Shown: one piece after another, positions 1 to 12,400 of the stretch
Layout of the letters: each line of letters starts with the position of its first letter
Position numbering within the stretch: position 1 is the stretch's first letter
From: Haliotis rufescens
Taxonomy: Eukaryota
Length of the DNA: 64,000 nucleotides
Direction: 5' to 3'
Assembly: GCF_023055435.1 (NCBI RefSeq)
Contig: NW_025964223.1
Location: 28,830,001 to 28,894,000 of the forward strand
Notes under the pieces: generated by a model
What the model was told of the DNA's origin: nothing
The model's database searches: none
The model's input: only the letters and a program-made list of their open reading frames with translations
Translations under genes and position numbers: made by a program

Positions 1-301
1 ATTAAACTTCACAAGACAATCATGATGATACATGTATACCATTTCAACTGTATTTCTTGTTATGCCAGGCATTGTTTAATATGCAGAGATTAATATTGCT
101 GAGTGTATTGTCTTGTAAAATAAGCTGGAAATAGCAATCATCTGTACACACGTTTCCTCCATACCAGTGATTCAGCTGTAAAATACCTTAGAGTATAATT
201 TTAATTTTTTTTTAATGCAATTATTGTAAGAAATTGTATCTGAAACTATCAGGAACACTATATTCTATTATCATGTTATTTTATTTGCAGGTTTTACTAT
301 A

Positions 302-627
302 CCGTATTCGACGTAAGAAGCGCCCACAGTGATATTTGCTAATATATTGGCCAGTGAACAAACCCAAATAGCACCCTTCCAATTGATCAATGTACACAAG
401 ACTTATTTATTCGCGTATTATATGCACTCGTGTGTTATATACACCCTTAATTATGGGCAAATAAACTCTTGAAAAATATAGCTGTCGTATATAAACATTT
501 CAGGCTGTCAGCATAAACCAAGAAATTTATCTTTTAACTATGTTTTTTTCACCAAAATAATATTCAAATAAGAGCTCCCTATTTCTAATTTTGAGAGCGC
601 CCTAGGCGCTTATTGCGTCCGATACGG
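302..627. mobile_element. pogo/Tc1-mariner-like MITE, short form
   Basis: Imperfect TIRs CCGTATTCGACGTAAGAAGCGCC / GGCGCTTATTGCGTCCGATACGG, flanked by TA on both sides; homologous to both ends of 3894-5284. Confidence 0.8.
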
Positions 628-2071
628 TATATATATTTATAATAATAACCATAAGCAGGCGTATGGGATAGCACTTTAGTTTGTTCCTGAATACTTTTTG
701 TGTATAGAACAGTTTGCCATGTCACCGTTAAGGTAAGCCATTTAACTCACGAAAACCTTATTGTGACATATAATAGTCAAACTACAACAAATATGAAAAT
801 ATGACTTTTAATGTTTTGACATATCACAGTTTTGAGATATGGCAACTAAGGTTCACTGTAATCTGACTGCGGTTGCTATGAACGGTGAGTTGCCAGTTGG
901 TGCAAGCTGCTGATAAGTTCACACATAATTTCCCTAAATTCATGTTAACAATATTGAATGAAAATGTGACCAAACTTAATAAAATAGATTTCAATTGTTT
1001 GCTTTAACAAGAATAAGGATGTACATGTATAGCAAGTAGTGTATTTATTCAGTCTATAAAACATGATAGGTTGATTGACAATAACAAGTCTGTTTCGGTA
1101 AGTTATAACTATATTTCATCACTATAGTTATGTATGATATTATCAATGACACAAATTTCATATTGATCATTGTTAATAATTCTACTCATTGAGGATAATT
1201 CCGATGATCGCCGAGTTTAGCCAACCCTTGAAATCTGGTAGATTTTGAAATTTTCACATGACAAAAAGCAAGTGAAAATGTTTGGATTTGCACACCACTG
1301 TATGTTTATGTTTTATATCTGTCGCTCCTTAGAACTTGCCAAGTTTACTGTATGTACACAAACATGGATGTATGGCTTGTGAAACTGTGGGTTGTGTGTC
1401 AAGTAGAATATGCGGCTGATACACAGCTTGATAACAATAGCAGTTAACAATAATGACACCAATTAGTTTCTCCAAACTCAAGTTGAATCCAAAAGCTGCT
1501 TGATCCCCTCAGCAGGTTCAGACAGTCTGTTCAAACCCGTTAGTTATTGCACACATGCAAGGCTCGTAATGAGTTGGGGAGTATTTAACAAGATTAACAG
1601 GGGTTAAGATTATTGGGGTCCTTGAAGTTTGCCCGTGCAGTATTTAAATCTAGTAGGGAGATCCTAAATTTAAAACTTTATACATTTGAATTATGACCAG
1701 AACCCATTGACTGTCATGCTAAATTTCAAACACAGATAAAAACTTTGTCATTTCCGACTCATTTGACACATTGTACAATGCAATGACATTGAATGTTTGT
1801 CTTGCATTATGTATATTAGTATGTACACATTAGGAGGTGGCCTGTAAAGATCTTCCCATCATGTGCACATTGGTGTAAAGTCACCTTGTTTAGTCAAGTA
1901 CTTGGGTGTTCTGTATGTTCACTGTATATTTTGCAAATTGCAGTACATGATTCATCACTGAAAATATTGACTACTAAGAGCATGGACGACAAGAACATGC
2001 ATTGCACAGTAGTTGTCACAGTGCATATTAGTTCCTTTAGCATAATGTTGTATCATCGCACCTATCGATAG

Positions 2072-2975
2072 TTAATCACCTGACCTATCTATATTTAATC
2101 ACCTCACCTTTCTATATTTAATCACCTCACCTATCTATACTTAATCATCTCACCTTTCTATACTTAATCACCTCACTTATCTATACTTAATCACCTCACC
2201 TTTCTATACTTAATCACCTCACCCATCTATATTTAATCACCTCACCTATCTATACTTAATCACCTCACCTATCTATACTTAATCACCTCACCTATCTATA
2301 TTAAATCACCTCACCCATCTATATTTAATCACCTGAACTATCTATACTTAATCACCTCACCTTTCTATACTTAATCACCTCACCTATCCATACTTTATCA
2401 CCTCACCTATCTATACTTAATCACCTTACCTATCTATATTTAATCACCTCACCTATCTATACTTAATCACCTCACCTATCTATATTTAATCACCTCACCT
2501 TTCTATGCTTAATCACCTCACCTATCTATATTTAATCACCTCACCCATCTATATTTAATCACCTCACCTATCTATACTTAATCACCTCACCTTTCTATAC
2601 TTAATCACCTCACCTATCTATTTTTAATCACCTCACCCATCTATATTTAATCACCTGAACTATCTATACTTAATCACCTCACCTTTCTATACTTAATCAC
2701 CTCACCTATCTATACTGAATCACCTCACCTATCTATATTTAATCACCTCACCTATCTATATTTAATCACCTCACCTTTCTATACTTAATCACCTCACCTA
2801 TCTATATTTAATCACTTCACCTTTCTATGCTTAATCACCTCATCTATCTATATTTAATCACCTCTCCCATCTATATTTAATCACCTCACCTTTCTATACT
2901 TAATCACCTCACCTATCTATATTTAATCACCTCACCTATCTATATTTAATCACCTCATCTTTCTGTATTTAATCT
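2072..2975. repeat. 23-bp minisatellite (TTAATCACCTCACCTATCTATAY), about 39 copies
   Basis: Directly visible tandem array. Confidence 0.97.
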
Positions 2976-3255
2976 TGTTTTATTGGCTTCTTCATCATGT
3001 AGTCTTTGTCCATCAACAAAACATGATCAAGTTGCGACAATGCAGAGCATGGGGTACACAATAGCTGTTCAATGTCAGTGGACATGCTGGATATATGCTA
3101 AACTACCAAGTTATGTTAGTATGATTATATTAGCACAGGATGAAGAGATCTTTTAATATCTTTTTAATATTTTTTTCTAGGTTTCCCATCATGGTGTACA
3201 GGTAGATATTAATAGTATTATGCACAAGTATTACAAGCAACATTAGACAGAAAGA

Positions 3256-3458
3256 ATGGATCCAAAGAAATCCAAAGATCGACCATTTTATGAACTGCCT
3301 GAAAATGTTCAAGCCAGTTCAAGAATTATCCAGGATGCACGAACATCTCTCCGCACTGTTGTGACCAAGAGACCATTCACCCCCCGTGATGAGAAACGAA
3401 CTTTATTTCCTGCATCTACAGCCCGGAACCCAGAGTCGAGGCCAGCAAGTGCTTTTAG
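3256..3458 (+). CDS. ARMC2: ARMC2 coding exon 1 (MDPKK...RPASAF)
   Basis: ATG at 3256; acceptor ttttttctag ends at 3180; donor AG|gtaatg, phase 2. Confidence 0.92.
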
Positions 3459-6400
3459 GTAATGTATATTGTGGTCGATTCCTAGTATATGTTTCATATT
3501 CAATTATTGATATCATATCCAAAACAAAAGTCTTGGAAGTAAAAGTAACCTGAGTTATGTTGCTACTTAAATTAAGATGTTACTATGATTAAGCAGTCAA
3601 AATAATATCAACACTTTCTGCTTAAATCAGGACTCACCTTGAATTCAGTTAAGGCACAAACAAGTATGTGGAAGGATGTTTCTGGATCTGCTCAGAGACC
3701 AGAGGAGTGAAAACAAGTCATATTATTATAAACATGATATTGTTACCAGTGTAATTAATGTGGTGGCTTGGTCGAGGTGACTTGTATTTCACTGAGGAAG
3801 AGACTTAATTTTACATTATTGCATTGAATGCAATGTTAAAATACCTCTGACATTAGTAAGTAAGAACTAATAGAGTATCACGATCTTGAACTACCGTTTT
3901 TGACGTAATAAGCGCCCCGCTCTAATAAGCGCCCACAGCAATATTTGCTAATATATTGGCTAGTGAACAATCCAAATTAACCCTTCCGATTGATCAATGT
4001 ACACAAGACTTATCGATTCGTGTATGATACGCACTCATGTGTTTTATGCACACTTAATTATGGGCAATTACATTCTGGAAAATATATCTGTCGTGTATAA
4101 TATGTACAGACTTTTCTTTTGTTTCCTTTAAGAATTGACCTTCACTTTGTGTGAGTTCATTGGAGTATGAACCTTCATAGAGTGAGGGCCAAACTGTATG
4201 AACGTCGGAGCTTGCGACGACGTTTATACAATGTTTGGCCCTCACTCTATAAAGGTTCATACTCCAATGAACTCACACAAAGTGAAAGTCAATTCTTATA
4301 ATTTTTTATTACAATTTCTTACCTCAAAGGATGTAGGCCAAGATCTAAACACAATTTTATTTAGTACGTGTGACTTCATGTTTACACTGACAGCCAAACA
4401 ACAACCAGCTATATCGCGGAGTAAAATAGTTCCTCAAAAAGAGAGGTGACATGAGTGTATGGATGCACAACTTGCTCTTCAGAAACATCTTACGCAACAC
4501 ATGTGTTCAAATAATATCACTATTAGATGATAAAGGTCTGTAAAGAACTACCTCAATAAGTCAGTCACAATTACAGAGCGTCGTAATACATTTACATCAA
4601 GTACAAGACGTCAAAATGGCCGACACGATAAACGCGACGGGCGGATTTCCGAAGTTGTTAATGAACCTGTGGCAGTTACATGTGTTAGTCATCATTGATC
4701 AACTGACCGATTATTGAAAGGTGACGCCAAACAGACGCCAAGGTAAATTCGTAGATTGCTGGAGACGGTCAGTGTCAGCCTAGACACAGATCGAGTCGAT
4801 ACTGACGATAGTTTGGATGTGCATTTTTTCGTTTGTTCATTAGGATGGGCGGTAGCGAGGAAATTCGTGAACAATCATGCAGTCAAGTTCTCTTAGGTTT
4901 CTCAATGTATACTGAAATGCTGAGACCAAGATTAAAGGTTCTAAATGATCAGAAATAATGTTTATGTATGATTTCATGCTAGGGAATTCCCAGGAGTTTC
5001 CTCAGGAATGTGGAAGTTGTCCGTCAGTGTTTACGTCATTTCAAGAACACGGTCTCGTGACTTATGAACGTCAATTTCGCGGTCATGTGACCGACCTCTC
5101 GTCCAATGGAAAAGCCGTATATTGTGTAAACGTCAAATTAAAAAATTATTTCATGCTGTCAGCATAAACCACAGAATTTACAATCTTTCAACTCTGTTTT
5201 TTTTTCTCACAAAAAATATATTCTATAAGAGACCCCTATTTCTAATTTTGAGAGCGCCCTGGGCGCTTATTACATCGAATACGGTAGATAATATTTTTCC
5301 CATGATGTCTGCTAATCTTATTTTGGAAGCCAAGATAAAACCTTACAGTAAGGTCAGACATTATTAATTTATTTGTTAGGGTAATACCGGTATTATAGTG
5401 AGTGAATGATGTTTTACACGTGAATCAGCAGTATCACTGTACTGTGGCAGACATCAGATATCTCAGCAGCACTCATATCCTGAAGGAGAGTCAAATCAGA
5501 TACAGAAATAACATAATTAATATGAAATCAGAAAATATGTCACAACTCTTTTTGACCTATGAAATTGTCTATGAGTTAACAATGTTTATATGATCTTAAT
5601 TTAGGAGATGAACATACCGTGTTTTTAATGTAGAATAGTTTATTGAAGTGAATCTGGAGATCACTAGTGTGAACATACATACAGACATGCACTTTCGGTA
5701 AGCAATAATACAATAGTCACGTCACCTTCAAAACAAGTGGGCATTTCTGCAATATATATTCTGTGACCACGGAATCACAGAATACAGCAGGCACAGCCAC
5801 ACTGACTTAACCCAATTTTCTCACTCATTCTGTGTTGCAGCTTGAACTCCCGACACTTCGATGGCAGTGACTCTAGACCTGTGTCAGGTGCAAAGTTATC
5901 TCCTCTTGATCATGTAAGTTTTCTCTCGTTGAAAATAGGGGTGAAATAGTCACATGAACTTATACATATATGTGTCTGTGTAAAATGATACTGTTGTTCT
6001 GATTTACCCACCAATCCTGTTTGTTGTATACAAACATGTACTGATACCCCGTGCTGAAACATGAGACATATGACATTTACACAGGATCTGGATTTCAGAT
6101 CGTTTCATTTTCTTGAACATTGACCTATTGTTATCCAAATTGTCCATACGATATATAAGACTCGTCTGGCATCAAAACACGGGGCTGTGTACTCGCGGGC
6201 AGATGACCCTGGAAGACGCTGATCACTGTGTCGAATTAATGAGACTGATTAATGAGTGATTTCAGCAATTCGTTGCAAATTAGGTGTGTCGGAGTCAGAG
6301 TGCGAGACTGTCGGATTAACGAGTGTCGGATTAAATTTAAATTCCAAATTAAAATAAGATGTATCTACTCTACTGTGGGACTACATCAAATTTCAAAACA

Positions 6401-9400
6401 CAGTAGGTTTATCTCCTAATTAAATGATTATCATGGTTTTGATGTATTTGTTTTTACATGTTTCACAACTATGTATTATGTAGCCAGGTTCTGATACTAA
6501 CAATTATTATTTTGTCTTGTCTCTGATCTATCTGCCATGCATCTAGAGATGTATCTGTGTACAATCCCTGTGCCTGTTTCCATGACAACTCAACTGTTCA
6601 GTTGGGCTAAATGGGGTTATACATGGGAACAAATCTCCACATTCTATATTTTCGATTTTGTAGTTTTCATTAGTTTTTAGGTATTTAATTATTATTGCTG
6701 CAAGATACAAATGTTGCAGGATCCAGATGATATCTGTCTGGCATGAGGCATCTTTTGCTATGGTTGGTAGGTTGGTCATTACAAGGATGACTATGAGCTG
6801 TGTAAGGGTTCTAAGGTTGCTGCACCCCCTTCTCGTATATTTCAAGCATGGGAGCCAAAGCCTCAAAATGTGCAAATAAATGTACTTGTCAAGGTATTCA
6901 TGTTCATTGTATTGTATTCACATTTTCATTTGCTTTTTATTCTTCACACAAAAATGTTGGGAGAGCAGGATGTAGTGGTTTAATGTTGAATATATTGGCT
7001 GGAGGAAATTTCATGGATTTACCACCCAAGCCACTTTCACTGCCAAGATATAAATCAAAAGGGAATCCACATTATCTTTAGTGTTTCCTCCCACACCTTT
7101 CTGTCACAAAGTCACCCAACAAAGTATTAATTAACCTGGTGAACTCATACCTGACCATTTTCAGTTCGAGTCATATCGGCTTGTTCCTATATAACAGGAC
7201 CAGCATGCCCAAATAGCATCATGACCACTTTGTCCCTTTTCATTCATTACTGTACACGTTTAGGAATGACAAAGTAAATCTGCATTGAGTTGAACATTGT
7301 GGATGTAGTGATGGCAGAGATTGTCCTCACGTGTAGGTTGTGCTGAATTCTAAACGTGCTCCTATTCAACTAGTGCGGAAAAGTTCTGGGTTTACCATTT
7401 AGTTTATTTAATTAAGCAAGATTTTGCACATCCTTAAATTATGTTGTGATAACTTAATGTACAATAGTTTTCTTCAAAATAGAAATGACCTTGGCATTGT
7501 GTGTGGTACAGGAGGTGTCAGATCTATGCATGGAGAACATTTCTACTCAGTAAAGTTGAAACCATGTTTTTCTCAGTGAATGATTACTGAAGCATGGTGA
7601 AAGTATTATATTGTATTTCAAACTAGAAGCATTAGAAACGTGACAAAACTTGATGGCCCATTAGGCCCAACTTGACATCGGCGTCAGTTTGACTGGCCCA
7701 GTGGGGTAAAAGTGACTTCTGTAAGTTTTCAGTCTGCTTTTAGAATAAAGCTTTGGTTTATCAATATTTGTGATTATTTTGTAGTCTCATAGAACAGATA
7801 CATATTGTCTTTTATTCTTAACATGGTACTCATGTGTTGTTAGACATATGACATATAGCTATGGCTTCAAGAAATAAAAGCATGTTTCCAGGGCAGGTGT
7901 GTCGAAATCCAAATTGTAGACACTTGTCCTTGGGCAAGAAAATTGTTGAAATCTTCTGCCCTGGAGAATGTTGGAGGTGAACTTGTTGCTTGTTTCAGCA
8001 CAAATAGTCCATATGTGCTACCTAATGAACTAGCAGACCCCAAGTGTCAGTGACTAAAGATAATGGTGATGATCAGCAGCCAAGGCTAACACTTACAACT
8101 TATGGTGAAAATATATGAAAGAGGAACTTTTTCAGACTCAACAAGTTTTGGCCTTTTGGACAGATGTATTATATAAGTATGATGAAATTTATACTAATTC
8201 ATATATTCATACTAAATTATTATACTAAATAATTGTACTAAATTCAGGGTTCGAAATTAACTTTCATGAAGGACTACTGACATTTCCTTGTGGACTACTA
8301 GTTTTACCATTGGCAACTCTATACAGCGTTAGAAATTGGCACTAGTCCTTTAGTCCTTACCAAACTGCCCAATAGTAAAGGTATCCTAAGGACTAGTAGA
8401 AGTTGGCCCATTTTAAGGATCTGACTATATGTTATCATTATAAGGACTAGTGGACAAAAACTGTTAGTTTCTAACCCTGCTATAGCATTTCATTTTTGCG
8501 TATTAGTGAAAATCTAAATTAATTTCTAACCCTGAAATCACTCTGAATGTTATTGAATATTTTTACGAATAATGAAAAACATGTCATGCATATTGTATGG
8601 AAATCGTTAATTTCTTTTAGTATGTTTAGATCTTTAGGCATAAATGAAAACAAAGAATTTATCACAAGAAGTTATCATATGTTTAGAAATCCGGTAGGAG
8701 CCTTTGGTATTGTGTGTGTGTCTCCAACTGTTCTCCATGCATGGTTTTGGCTTGCAGTTTCCCGAAGGGTCAGATGTTCGTGCCAGGGCTGAGATTAAGG
8801 TACACACTTCATTGATTGCATTCCTTCCACTGTGCATCTTAGTATTGCATGTTGCATAGTCGATGCACGTTCCGACTGCTGCTTTCAAGTAGATATCTGA
8901 CACTTTCATGTTTGTTGATTATCAGGGTTTTCCCCAGCCATGTTTAGTCATGGCAGCAGGAAAGTAGTGCCTTTCAGAGAGGTCTGCATTTTGTTTCCTT
9001 GTTTTTTTATATCTTGTGCAGCTCTTCTTTCTTACTGTAGTTAACTACAATTGATGTTAATGTATTGTAACCCATACCTGTGTGATTATGTGAAATATGC
9101 AGAAACCCAGTGCCAAGGGAAAACCCTGAATAATACCCCATTTTAATGTTTCTTAAGTTTGTTTGTTTGATTGATTGTCACCATAATAACAGTTTATCTT
9201 TGCCGTAACATCTAAATCTGAGCTGCTATTAACTGATTACAGAAATAAAATTCACTCCGCAAATCAACAGTCGCAGGAACCTGAAGCACTTTGGTAAAAT
9301 CACACATGATCCTGATGTGAAGTTTGTGGCATCAAATTAGTTTTTTTCACCTATGTTTACTTATCATTAACTATTTTAGGAAGTTGTGTTGCACTATTTG

Positions 9401-12400
9401 TGTTATTGGTACCTCCTGTTGATATTAGGCTATATTATCCTATCCATGTTAACATTGACTGTTGTATGAATAAATCACAGTCTTGATTTATGAATGGTAT
9501 TCTCAGGTGTGTCCTACAGTACACCAGCAGGCATTAAAACAGCAGAGTTACTACTCAAAATGGGTCATGGACAGAACTTGAGATTGCATTTCTTGCCATT
9601 TTCTACAGACTTTGGAATGTTATTTGGGGTCTTGCTGCAACTGGAATTTAAAAATAATTCTACTTTGAACTGCTAAATATTGCAAGAAGTCAATGCTGGA
9701 TAGTTATATTTTTATGTTGAACTGTGTTGAAGGAGTGACAGCCTATCAGGCAAGGGTACAATATCTGTTGAGAAGGGAATGAGATAGGCTGGTGTTTCAC
9801 TTGCAAGTGATTAAGCCAGTCACATGAACAGGCTTTTCAACATTTCAAAAAGACACATCTAGCAGAGTGTACTGTAGTTGCCTGTACCAGTAGCTTACCA
9901 TCTACAAGTATATGTACATGTTTTAAATGAAGCAAAGTGTGCTGAGGTTTTGGCATGGGAAGTGGTTCAGAGGTAGTCCATGTTTGTAGACAGTATTGGG
10001 TCTTTAGTCCACAGTGTTCTAGTATTCCTGTCAAATTTCATCATGTGTGAATATCAGAGCAGACAAGTCATTTTTTAAGCTATGTGCACAATTTGGGTTA
10101 GTGTTTAGTACACAATGTAGGAAAGTGTTTTGTACACAATGTAGGATAGTGTTTTGTACACAATATAGGATATTGTTTTGTACACTATGTAGGGTTGTGT
10201 TTTGTACACAATGTAGGATAGTGTTTTATATACAATGTAGGTTAGTGTTTTGTACACAATGTAGGATAGTGTTTTGTACCCATTGTAGGGTTGTGTTTTG
10301 TACACAATGTAGGGTAGTGTTTTGTGCACAACGTAGTAGGGTTGTGTTTTGTACACAATGTTGGATCGTCTTTTGTACACAATGTAGGTTAGTGTTTTGT
10401 ACACAATGTAGGATAGTGTTTTGTACACAATGTAGGGTTGTGCTTTGTACACAATGTAGGGTTGTGTTTTGTACACAATGTAAGGTTGTGTTTTGTACAC
10501 AATGTAGGGTAGTGTTTTGTACACAATGTAGGTTAGTGTTTTGTACACAATGTAGGGTTGTGTTTTGTACACAATGTAAGGTTGTGTTTTGTACACAATG
10601 TAGGTTAGTGTTTTGTACACAATGTAGGGTTGTGTTTTGTACACAATGTAAGGTTGTGTTTTGTACACAATGTAGGGTAGTGTTTTGTACACAATGTAGG
10701 GTAGTGTTTTGTACACAATGTAGGGTTGTGTTTTGTACACAATGTAAGGTAGTGTTTTGTACACAATGTAGGATAGTGTTTTGTACACAATGTAGGATAG
10801 TGTTTTGTACACAATGTAGGGTTGTGTTTTGTACACAATGTAAGGTTGTGTTTTGTACACAATGTAGGGTAGTGTTTTGTACACAATGTAGGGTAGTGTT
10901 TTGTACACAATGTTTGGTTGTGTTTTGTACACAATGTAGGGGAGTGTTTGGCCTTATGTTGATTTGGTAGGAAGTAAAAACACCTAGCCCCATTCCTGAA
11001 GATTGATGTGTGGAATGTCTGCATACAGAGGGACTCCATTCACTTGTTTCATCACAACTTAGTTCATTTGAGAATCATTGATAATTTGACTGAGAACAGT
11101 AACAACAGGATTAATGGGACATCAATCCATTTTTCCAGATATGTTTTGACCTGTTACTTAAAAAATACCTCACTGCACACTTAACATCACAACTCATTGG
11201 AAGTTAACATTGAAATGGCTTCGGAGTTTTACCACACAACTCTTTGTATGTATTAAGTATTGAAACTGTTGGATCTGATAATTTGCAGTGTTTTCAGACC
11301 CCTCGGGCCCCTACAGCAGCTGAGATTGAGAACGCCATTCTGGCCCCCAAACCACCAGCTGACCCAAACAGACCACTGTCCCGGAAGGGGTCAAGACAGA
11401 AGCTGTACAATGCCACTAGTGTTGATGGGGGAGGGGAGTCTACGACCAGTCTTAGGCCACGCAGTGGGTCATCTGATGGTACTCATTACTTATTCTTGTT
11501 AATGAAGTTTTTATGAATCATAGAGGGATAGAAATAAAACCAATAGATAAAAAGCCAGATATTTTTATATCATTTTGTTGAAAAAAGTCAATATTTTACT
11601 TATCCTGCATTACTCCTTAATGCATTTACTGCTTACCTTATGACAAAGGATGAAAAAAAGAAATGCTGTTTTTTCCGACTCAAGTCTACTTTTTACAGGA
11701 CCACCGCCGTCAACAGACAGATTGTGATGTCACATCCAATTCATATTACTGCTCGTCGTCCCCAAGGAAGTTTGTGTGGCGCATGGCTCCTACAACTTTG
11801 GCTTAAATTTGTGGGTAGCATTCTGCTATCACACTAATTTCGTCTGTGATGGCTAATGTATTCCTTTCATATTATTTTCACTTGCAGGCGGTGAGGATGG
11901 GGATTTCTCTGGAATTCCTCTTAGCCTAGCGCAGATGCCTGAGTGGATGGCGGGCCACCTCACGCCAGTAGCACCTTCTCCCGGAGCCGTGGTCGATAAG
12001 AGAGATACCCTCTGGTCACAGACCACATCTATGCCAGCGGATCCTATGCTCAAGGATATGGTTAAGGCGCTAGACAAGGATTATTTCCAGGACAACACTT
12101 GTGCCGTCATTTAAACCACCAAAAGTTAGGACGGACGATTTCCCTATCCATGCCTTCGCTGTAGCGGACCAGGCTTGTGCTTTAGATGATGACTTGAACT
12201 GAAGAGGATGAATGGCTCTTCGAGACCAACCACACCCACATTCCCTTTCATCAAAACTGAAATCAGGCATCTGCTAAAACCATTATCCACACTAGCATCC
12301 TCAAACCATGCAATGGAGCAGGATTTATTGGAGGCTAATTGAACCACATAGACGATTTTCAGACTGTGTTTGATTTTCAACAGAGTCAAGTCAACCAGAT

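Noticed and set aside
280-900. Possible upstream non-coding ARMC2 exon (acceptor-like site at 290, donor-like sites at 733 and 885)
   Set aside because: Splice-like motifs alone are common and part of the region is a MITE; needs transcript data.
2072-2975. Regular repeats that might suggest a CRISPR array
   Set aside because: No unique spacers, no cas genes, eukaryotic context; the same applies to the other arrays.
10047-11039. Four overlapping periodic ORFs (Cys-rich FCTQCRVV and others)
   Set aside because: Translations of a stop-poor 24-bp minisatellite in an ARMC2 intron; open on both strands, no gene context.
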